From a virus, in the IMG/VR virus record IMGVR_UViG_3300038758_000078, positions 1-5,813 of that record: a stretch of DNA of 5,813 bases; one strand, given 5' to 3'. Every line of letters starts with the position of its first letter. Positions within the stretch are counted from its first letter, which is position 1. The notes under the pieces are model-generated. The model made no database searches and was not told where the DNA came from. It was given only the letters and a program-made list of their open reading frames with translations. The position numbers and the translations under genes are program-made. This document shows, piece by piece, positions 1 through 4,884 of this stretch.

Positions 1-99
1 CTGAACATCCTCATTCCAACGACGCAAATACATCGAGCCGTTGATACGAGAAATTTCCCAAGCCTGCGCTAGATCACGATTGGTCACAATAAAACCAAC
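1..99. repeat. Left copy of a 99-bp terminal direct repeat, identical to 5715..5813. This is the assembly overlap of a circular genome with a 5714-nt unit length.
   Basis: Read directly: the string ctgaacatcctcattccaacgacgcaaatacatcgagccgttgatacgagaaatttcccaagcctgcgctagatcacgattggtcacaataaaaccaac occurs at 1..99 and at 5715..5813. An ORF runs through the junction in frame. Confidence 0.9.
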
Positions 100-648
100 A
101 CCCAAAGGTTTACCGTCAACGCCGCCTCCGCTCTGCTCATTCGCCACAGCTAAAACGCCACGACCAACTACCTGATACACATTCAGACCTAAGGTAGCCG
201 AAACAATCTTCGTCGGAGCAATTACAACCTTAGTATTAGGCAACACACCGAACTGCCCATCTACTCCAGTCCGCATATGAAACAAACCGCCACCAGCGGT
301 CAGCGTACCACGCATCCAAATCGGACACACGTCAATAACCTCAGCATGAAGGGCACCAACAGTCTGGGGCACTTCAAAACACACATTCACGTCATACTCA
401 AAGAGCTCTATCTTCTCCTCTTCAACCTGAGTTCCCACATGCACTCCAATACCCTTACAGCTATCCACTGGTATACCTACGGCAGGCGTAAGAGATCGAA
501 ACCGATAATATCGCTCAGAAGTCTGTGCAGCATTATCAAACTCCAAGATAGCACCACCAGATCCCGTTGACACCTGCATTAGGTTGGTATTCAACGCCTC
601 AATAGTATCTACCTTAACCACATCTACTTGTCTTGGTCTATTAGCCAT
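1..648 (-). CDS. G: Major spike protein G-like, first 216 codons. The ORF leaves the window at base 1 and continues on the circle at 5714..5688, giving 224 aa in total.
   Basis: Hand translation from the ATG at 648..646 gives MANRPRQVDVVKVDTIEALNTNLMQVSTGSGGAILEFDNAAQ...GKPLGVGFIVTNRDLAQAWEISRINGSMYLRRWNEDVQ, with no stop down to base 1. A GGAG lies 8 nt upstream of the ATG, which is 2 nt after the F stop. The position after F matches phiX174 gene G. The C-terminal VGFIVTN motif resembles phiX174 G VGFMVWSN (from memory). The ORF is missing from the track because the window edge truncates it. Confidence 0.7.
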   Translation of the reverse strand, partial: MANRPRQVDVVKVDTIEALNTNLMQVSTGSGGAILEFDNAAQTSERYYRFRSLTPAVGIPVDSCKGIGVHVGTQVEEEKIELFEYDVNVCFEVPQTVGALHAEVIDVCPIWMRGTLTAGGGLFHMRTGVDGQFGVLPNTKVVIAPTKIVSATLGLNVYQVVGRGVLAVANEQSGGGVDGKPLGVGFIVTNRDLAQAWEISRINGSMYLRRWNEDVQ

Positions 649-650
649 AA

Positions 651-1928
651 CTACATCTCCGTTCCAGCAAATAACGATTTTCCATAACCACCAATATGCC
701 GTAAGCAACGCACATTATTCCTTACCTGATACTGCCAATGGCCAAACTCTGTAGAAGCAAAACCTGAAGAATACTTCTTCGAAGGATAAAGCACTGCCTC
801 TTGCAAAGTCTCCGGCTCATCTCGAAAAAACGGAAAACCGTTCTTATTATCATACCGCCTATCAACAATGTTCGGCTGATACCGCCACTGCTGCCCAGCC
901 GGAATCTTACCCAAACTCACTGTCGAAGTAGAATCCCGAAAACAATCACGCCTTTCCAAATCATAAGGCTTCCGCTTCTCCAACTCTGTAGGATCGCCAG
1001 TCAAATTAGCATAATCCATCGTAGTTCCGAGCCTGCCTACCTGCGCATGCATCTCGCGTTCATGACTCGGGGGGTAACGCAACACAGCAACAGTCCAAAT
1101 AGTACCATGCTCCGGCATTAACTTTCGCGGCACATGATGGCCTACGATCGTCTCTACGCGCCCAGCGACTTCACCTAAATTACCAGACGCTGTGCCATAA
1201 ACATCAAAACCTGACAACCACTTCGAAGAATGACCTAAAACTTCCGGCCGCTGATCCGCATCAGTAGTCGCATAACCACCGAACTTCTTCATCACATCAC
1301 TGTAATAATTCGCAGTCCACTCACGCTGCAACTGAGTCTCATACTCTGCCGCCGCTTGCGCCAACGCTGTCAACTCGAAACTAGCTGCTGAAGCTACTGT
1401 ATCATTCGTTGGATACGATCCAGAATCATGCCCAACATTCCACAACGCAGGCAGAGACGCAGTAAGCCAGCCCCATCTAGCGTTAGAACCAGAACTAGTT
1501 GTTGTGGCGACCGTTCTCTCAGCCAAGCCTTGCCGCTCGGTCCGAAAATACCGATTCCAGATTCTAACATAGCCTTCAATAAGCCAAAGCGGAACGGGCT
1601 GATTTCCGAGCCAGGGGATAGCGTACCAATGATTCCAACCCGCAACCGTCGGGTCGAGTGTCGATAACGTAACGCCGCTCGAATTTCCATCCTTCAGAAA
1701 ATTAATCCAATCACTACCGTATATATGTCGATGCGGCACAAAAAAGCTCACCACATCCGCCTTCACGTCCGTCTGCAAAGGCCGCCGAAAAGGGTTCATC
1801 TTAAAGATGCCCTGCATATCAATCTCAATCGAATCGCCAGCCATCACGGGCAGAACATTAAGCGTCCTAAGCCGGCCGACCATTCCTGTGCCAAAACTCA
1901 AATTTGACAAATCTACAAGCGTTCTCAT
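651..1928 (-). CDS. F: Major capsid protein F (phiX174 type, 425 aa).
   Basis: ATG start and TAG stop. It aligns by eye along its whole length with phiX174 F (426 aa). Examples: PVMAGDSIEIDMQGIFKMNPFRRPL...FFVPHRHIYGSDWINFLKDG vs PVIAGDSFEMDAVGALRLSPLRRGL...FYVPHRHVYGEQWIKFMKDG, FGGYATTDADQRPEV vs FGGKTSYDADNRPLL, VPEHGT, and GFPFFRDEP vs GFPFIQEPP. It has the compact phiX size, not the roughly 500+ aa gokushovirus VP1 size. Confidence 0.97.
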   Translation of the reverse strand: MRTLVDLSNLSFGTGMVGRLRTLNVLPVMAGDSIEIDMQGIFKMNPFRRPLQTDVKADVVSFFVPHRHIYGSDWINFLKDGNSSGVTLSTLDPTVAGWNHWYAIPWLGNQPVPLWLIEGYVRIWNRYFRTERQGLAERTVATTTSSGSNARWGWLTASLPALWNVGHDSGSYPTNDTVASAASFELTALAQAAAEYETQLQREWTANYYSDVMKKFGGYATTDADQRPEVLGHSSKWLSGFDVYGTASGNLGEVAGRVETIVGHHVPRKLMPEHGTIWTVAVLRYPPSHEREMHAQVGRLGTTMDYANLTGDPTELEKRKPYDLERRDCFRDSTSTVSLGKIPAGQQWRYQPNIVDRRYDNKNGFPFFRDEPETLQEAVLYPSKKYSSGFASTEFGHWQYQVRNNVRCLRHIGGYGKSLFAGTEM

Positions 1929-2066
1929 CTAAAAAATCTTGTTAGGCCGTAAGCTCGGCATACTTCTAGGCGCTCTCACAGTACCGACCCGCCGATTCGA
2001 CGACGACCGGACACCACTACCGGAACGGCGGCCTCCACGCCGCCCTCCCTGTCGCTTACCCTTCAC
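1929..2066 (-). CDS. J: Small basic DNA-binding/packaging protein J-like (45 aa, GTG start).
   Basis: Hand translation gives (GTG)M-KGKRQGGRRGGRRSGSGVRSSSNRRVGTVRAPRSMPSLRPNKIF, with 14 Arg/Lys and no acidic residues. The N-terminus resembles phiX174 J MSKGKKRSGARPG. It sits between D and F as in phiX174. A GAAGGG lies 7 nt upstream of the GTG, and a TGA two codons upstream excludes any earlier start. It is below the size cutoff of the ORF track. Confidence 0.8.
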   Translation of the reverse strand: MKGKRQGGRRGGRRSGSGVRSSSNRRVGTVRAPRSMPSLRPNKIF

Positions 2067-2517
2067 TAGTCAACCCTTCTACCTTATTCCGGAAATTCTC
2101 CACAAAAACCGGATTCTGACCATAAGCTGCTACCGTCAAAGCCAGCAACCTCCGAGGCGTAACCACCTCATGGACCGCTGGAGCCTCATTCGCTTCCGTA
2201 CCGCCGGCCATCTCAGTTTGCAATGATAGCTTCTGGCCGCACCAGCTACACGCGACCATATGGTTAATCGGGTGCACAATCAAAGCGATCGTCGCCGCAA
2301 CAACCTCCGCCGGCAAAGGCACAGCAGGCAAAGAAGCCAACTCGGTTCCCGCAGCCAGCACTTGCTCCAAGGCTCTCGTCATACGCGCCCGATCCGTCCC
2401 CGTCCAAGGCACCTGAGACTTCAACCGATCCAAATCCGCCTCGTTCACATTCGCCGTATAAACAGGCAGTGAATCCGTGCACAACCGCATACAATATTCC
2501 AACGTCGCTTTATTCAT
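2056..2517 (-). CDS. D: External scaffolding protein D (153 aa).
   Basis: ATG start. The size matches phiX174 D (152 aa). Alignable blocks include WTGTDRARMTRALE vs WIATDRSRARRCVE and AATIALIVHPINHMVAC vs AAVIAYYVHPVNIQTAC. Its position immediately upstream of J and F matches phiX174. Confidence 0.88.
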   Translation of the reverse strand: MNKATLEYCMRLCTDSLPVYTANVNEADLDRLKSQVPWTGTDRARMTRALEQVLAAGTELASLPAVPLPAEVVAATIALIVHPINHMVACSWCGQKLSLQTEMAGGTEANEAPAVHEVVTPRRLLALTVAAYGQNPVFVENFRNKVEGLTSEG

Positions 2518-2824
2518 AATTTCTCAATACTTTCTCGGACTGTTCAATTACACTTTCGAATTCTCCAACTCCGGAAATCCACTCTTTCAAGCGCATCTGC
2601 AAATCTTGAAACGCCTTCTGGCACTCCAACCGGCTCACGATCTGCGACATTTTAACAACTTGCCTCATCTGGCATAGCTGCGTCAACGCAAAACTCATGC
2701 GTCCTCTATGCAACAAGCCTAAATCAACCAACGTACTCAATAACTGCCATTCCTCCAATTCAATCTCATCCCAAGATTTGACCGACAGCTCGCGACGGCA
2801 GCGCAAAATATTCCTTGAGCTCAT
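2510..2824 (-). CDS. C-like small protein (104 aa from the ATG at 2824). The ORF is open from a GTG at 2887, which would give 125 aa.
   Basis: It lies between A and D, where phiX174 has K and C. It overlaps the A 3' end by at least 59 nt and the D start by 8 nt. The stretch ELEEWQLLSTLV loosely resembles phiX174 C DEEKWLNMLGTFV (from memory). The start codon is uncertain: AGGCGG lies 7 nt before the ATG. Confidence 0.5.
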   Translation of the reverse strand: MSSRNILRCRRELSVKSWDEIELEEWQLLSTLVDLGLLHRGRMSFALTQLCQMRQVVKMSQIVSRLECQKAFQDLQMRLKEWISGVGEFESVIEQSEKVLRNYE

Positions 2825-4142
2825 ACAGCAACCGCCTAGCTTCAGAAATGCCCTCGGAACTCGGGGCCAAGGTCCATTCGCCAACACTCCGAGGCATGGA
2901 ATCCCTTGTCTTCAAAACCGACCGACTTAGGCGGCTGAACAGGGTCTCCGTCCTTGGGACGGTATTGAGGAACCGTGACGCCATGTCCTGCCCTCCAGTA
3001 TGGCTCAACGCTCTCCTGTACATCCTCCGACCCAGCTCCAACTTCGCCACTCGCCGCACCAGCCTCACCTGTGAGAACTCTCTGCTCTTGCTCCACGCCA
3101 CCAGCGCGACCAACCCCTTTTCGCTCGCCTGCTCCACTACCGCCGACAGCTTCTGCATCCCGAACCGTCTCGACATCTTTACTCGCCATGCTTTCCGTTT
3201 CCATTCTTCACCTTTCTGCTTAATCAGGTATTTTACCAGATAATTAGCCAAGCGCCCACCTGACGACGACACCGGCACAATCTTCTCTTCTCCGTCCACT
3301 ACTTCCTTCCGACTTGGCCAACGCCAACCCAACTCCGAATACGCATCACCAGCCCAACGCACCGCGATCGGGCTACTGGTCCCATACGGCCACCATCTAC
3401 GCAAAGCGTCAATCTCTCTCCGAACTCCACCGGCAAACGGATTCATATCCTGACAACCAGCCGGCAAATGAGACATCACTACAACACAATGAAAATGCAA
3501 TCGACCAGTTTCACCTCCCTCTTCAGGAATGCAAAAATAGGAAAAATACGCTTCTTCACCTGCTTTCTCAGCCGCTGCCTGCACGTCCTTGCGCCACTTC
3601 TCTTTCTGGATTCTCCACAAATTAGAGCCACGCTTAAAAACCTTAGGCAACCACTCATTATCACACGACAACGAATTGAACACCACAAACCGCTTCTCTC
3701 TCACTGCTTCTGAGATTTCACACAATAACCGTCCGCGATACTCGGCCGCACGACTTGATTCACGCTGCATCGCCAACAACTTCTCCAAATCACGCAAAAC
3801 TTCAACCTTACTGCTGGATCCGAGACCACGCGTCCGACTTCTGACAAACTCCAACGCCGGTTTCACTTCCCGCCGAAGACCTAAATACTCCTGGTCTAAT
3901 GCAATAACGGATTTCTTATCAAGTCGGTTTAATCCACGACGCACTGACGACAAAGCCGCACGACCTTCCAAATGCTCTGAAGCACTCATACCTTGACCTG
4001 GCCGCCTAGGAAACCAGGCACTCAACTTAGCCTCCGCTGCTGACAGCTCATTCACGAGGCGACCAATCTTAGTGCCTAGAAAATAAGACCGACCAATCTT
4101 GATAGAAGCATGCATACCTCTGAAAACCAAATAAATACACAC
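2766..4142 (-). CDS. A: Replication initiation protein A (HUH rolling-circle endonuclease). It is 458 aa from the GTG at 4142, and the first ATG is at 4115.
   Basis: The HUH motif RLHFHCVVV (HFH encoded at 3489..3497) matches phiX174 GRLHFHAVHF. The twin catalytic tyrosines YLVKYLIK (Tyr codons at 3240..3242 and 3228..3230) match phiX174 YVAKYVNK. Further blocks are YFCIPEEGGETG vs YFCVPEYGTANG, WPYGTSSPIAVRW vs WPYGYSMPIAVRY, and RVKMSRRFGMQKL vs RIRMSRNFGMKML. The start is ambiguous: the GTG at 4142 has no SD, and the ATG at 4115 is directly abutted by AGAGGT, which is too close. Confidence 0.95.
   Translation of the reverse strand: MCIYLVFRGMHASIKIGRSYFLGTKIGRLVNELSAAEAKLSAWFPRRPGQGMSASEHLEGRAALSSVRRGLNRLDKKSVIALDQEYLGLRREVKPALEFVRSRTRGLGSSSKVEVLRDLEKLLAMQRESSRAAEYRGRLLCEISEAVREKRFVVFNSLSCDNEWLPKVFKRGSNLWRIQKEKWRKDVQAAAEKAGEEAYFSYFCIPEEGGETGRLHFHCVVVMSHLPAGCQDMNPFAGGVRREIDALRRWWPYGTSSPIAVRWAGDAYSELGWRWPSRKEVVDGEEKIVPVSSSGGRLANYLVKYLIKQKGEEWKRKAWRVKMSRRFGMQKLSAVVEQASEKGLVALVAWSKSREFSQVRLVRRVAKLELGRRMYRRALSHTGGQDMASRFLNTVPRTETLFSRLSRSVLKTRDSMPRSVGEWTLAPSSEGISEARRLLYELKEYFALPSRAVGQILG
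2842..3204 (-). CDS. B: Internal scaffolding protein B-like (120 aa), embedded out of frame in the 3' half of gene A.
   Basis: ATG start with AAGGTG 4 nt upstream. It has the same length (120 aa) and the same gene-within-A arrangement as phiX174 B. The N-terminal part is acidic and Gly/Ala-rich. The C-terminus CWRMDLGPEFRGHF resembles phiX174 B DWRIQPAEFYRF...GYF, the aromatic tail that contacts F. Confidence 0.72.
   Translation of the reverse strand: METESMASKDVETVRDAEAVGGSGAGERKGVGRAGGVEQEQRVLTGEAGAASGEVGAGSEDVQESVEPYWRAGHGVTVPQYRPKDGDPVQPPKSVGFEDKGFHASECWRMDLGPEFRGHF
3891..3926 (-). other. Candidate viral-strand replication origin inside gene A, with the predicted A-protein nick between G3920 and A3919 on the minus strand.
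   Basis: The minus strand reads CGACTTGATAAGAAATCCGTTATTGCATTAGACCAG. The phiX174 origin, as I recall it, is CAACTTG^ATATTAATAACACTATAGACCAC. ACTTGATA and TAGACCA are shared, with 6 extra nt (2 codons) between them. Both lie at an equivalent place in A (ours NRLDKKSVIALDQ, phiX PQLDINNTIDH). Confidence 0.6.
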
Positions 4143-4149
4143 ACAGAAA

Positions 4150-4169
4150 CCAAATCAATTATTGATTGG
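4150..4169. promoter_or_regulatory. AT-rich palindrome between the orf101 stop and the A start.
   Basis: aatcaat-t-attgatt forms perfect 7-bp arms at 4153..4159 and 4161..4167. With one bulged A the pairing extends to cc/gg at 4150..4151 and 4168..4169. It is the only obvious structure in the 34-nt orf101-A spacer. Confidence 0.3.
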
Positions 4170-4176
4170 ATTCGTT

Positions 4177-4482
4177 TCACTCCTCAGTAACTCCAGTAGG
4201 ATCGCCAACGCCACTCTCTTCATCGCCGAACACAACTTCGGCTCCTCGATCCGATGCTCCTTCGCTGACGCTAACACGGCTCCTGTCAAACTCGTGATTT
4301 TCTGTAATTCTGACATAATTCGTAACAATCGTATTAGGCCTATCACGGCCACTAGTATTCAAAATAGCCGACTCAAGCATACCAAGCTTGAAATAATCAG
4401 TCTTCACGGAGCAGCCTTGACTTAGCAGCCCGCAGACGACGCCACATAGCACGCGATTCAATTTCCTTACATCGAACATCAT
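4177..4482 (-). CDS. orf101: predicted small secreted lipoprotein (101 aa, about 78 aa mature), with no phiX174 counterpart.
   Basis: The start is ATGATG, preceded by GAGG with a 6-nt spacer (TTAGAGGAATATTATG). The N-terminus is MMFDVRKLNRVLCGVVCGLLSQGC|SVKTD. It has a basic n-region, an uncharged h-region and LSQG-C24, which satisfies the PROSITE-style lipobox rule [LIVMFWSTAG]2-[LIVMFYSTAGCQ]-[AGS]-C. The mature part is hydrophilic with an acidic tail and Ser at +2. Confidence 0.55.
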   Translation of the reverse strand: MMFDVRKLNRVLCGVVCGLLSQGCSVKTDYFKLGMLESAILNTSGRDRPNTIVTNYVRITENHEFDRSRVSVSEGASDRGAEVVFGDEESGVGDPTGVTEE

Positions 4483-4645
4483 AATATTCCTCTAACAACT
4501 TTCTACACTTTCTCAACGATTTAGTTGCAACCAACGCATTCTCGATAGAATCCAAACTATCATTAATTCCATTAAAATCATCAGATAAATTCACCAATGC
4601 TTCGTTACATCCGGCCACACTCGAAAAGTCAATCTCATATTCCAT
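4397..4645 (-). CDS. orf82: small charge-bipolar protein of unknown function. The track ORF extends to a TTG at 4651 (84 aa).
   Basis: It is the first ORF after the noncoding region. From the ATG at 4645 it reads MEYEIDFSSVAGCNEALVNLSDDFNGINDSLDSIENAL, with 9 acidic and 0 basic residues. It continues as VATKSLRKCRKLLEEYYDVRCKEIESRAMWRRLRAAKSRLLRED, which is strongly basic. No SD is present. It appears helical by eye, and I recognise no family. Confidence 0.45.
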   Translation of the reverse strand: MEYEIDFSSVAGCNEALVNLSDDFNGINDSLDSIENALVATKSLRKCRKLLEEYYDVRCKEIESRAMWRRLRAAKSRLLRED

Positions 4646-4651
4646 AAACAA

Positions 4652-4679
4652 ACAATAACACAGAACAAAAACAAGTCAA
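4652..4679 (-). promoter_or_regulatory. Candidate sigma70-type promoter driving orf82-orf101-A.
   Basis: On the minus strand, TTGACT (4679..4674) is followed by a 16-nt spacer and then TGtTATTGT: an extended -10 TG at 4660..4659 and the hexamer at 4657..4652. A T-run, UP-element-like tract (tttttttgttttttttg) lies immediately upstream. Other weak -35/-10 pairs exist in this T-rich region, so the call is tentative. Confidence 0.35.
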
Positions 4680-4700
4680 CAAAAAAAACAAAAAAATAGA

Positions 4701-4816
4701 ACTGAGCAAAACAACCATAAACAGAGTAAAACAAGTAACAAAATGCCTATAACGAAAAAATAAGAATAGGCAAATAAAAAAGAAACAGAACTAAAGTAAA
4801 CACACTGAGCAAAACA
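4701..4816. repeat. Short dispersed direct repeats in the noncoding region.
   Basis: actgagcaaaaca occurs at 4701..4713 and at 4804..4816. The related gagtaaaaca lies at 4724..4733, 20 nt after the gagcaaaaca core at 4704. Confidence 0.5.
4744..4772 (-). terminator. Weak hairpin plus U-tract (terminator-like) in the H-orf82 noncoding region.
   Basis: tgcctat (4744..4750) pairs with ataggca (4766..4772) across a 15-nt loop. On the minus strand it is followed by TTTTGTTACTTGTTTT. The stem is short and AT-rich and the loop is large. Confidence 0.2.
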
Positions 4817-4837
4817 CATTCGTGTCACTAATATGAT

Positions 4838-4874
4838 GAAGCGCGCGATAAAAGCGTCTACGACGCCGCGCTTC
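4838..4874. other. Two-tier GC-rich hairpin in the noncoding region.
   Basis: The outer stem pairs gaagcgcg (4838..4845) with cgcgcttc (4867..4874). The inner stem pairs gcgtc (4854..4858) with gacgc (4862..4866) across a 3-nt loop, leaving an 8-nt bulge at 4846..4853. Confidence 0.6.
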
Positions 4875-4884
4875 TACTAAACTT

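Noticed and set aside
1-99. The terminal repeats, considered as LTR, IS or phage terminal redundancy with biological meaning.
   Set aside because: They are direct, identical copies that run exactly to both window ends. They lie inside a coding sequence that reads through the junction in frame. This is the signature of a circular contig assembled past its starting point, not a mobile-element terminus.
1394-1690. A 98-aa minus-strand ORF embedded in F.
   Set aside because: It has no recognisable features and no counterpart in phiX-type genomes. It lies inside the most constrained gene, and I treat it as a chance open frame.
2264-2494. A 76-aa ORF embedded in D, considered as the phiX174 E (lysis) analogue.
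   Set aside because: It has a TTG start. The product is Gly/Ala/Cys/Asp-rich and has no clear N-terminal transmembrane helix or basic C-terminal domain. It most likely results from reading a G-rich strand out of frame.
4155-4352. A 65-aa minus-strand ORF overlapping orf101 in another frame.
   Set aside because: It has a GTG start with no SD-like sequence upstream and no recognisable features. The competing orf101 frame has an ATGATG start, a well-spaced GAGG and a coherent signal peptide. It cannot be excluded in an overlap-prone genome, but there is no positive evidence for it.
4646-4800. A-rich runs (A8, A7), considered as a eukaryotic poly(A) signal, a retroelement tail or a slippery homopolymer in a gene.
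   Set aside because: The tract is noncoding, lies between bacterial-type phage genes, and simply mirrors the T-rich viral strand. No flanking target-site duplication or ORF frameshift is associated with it.
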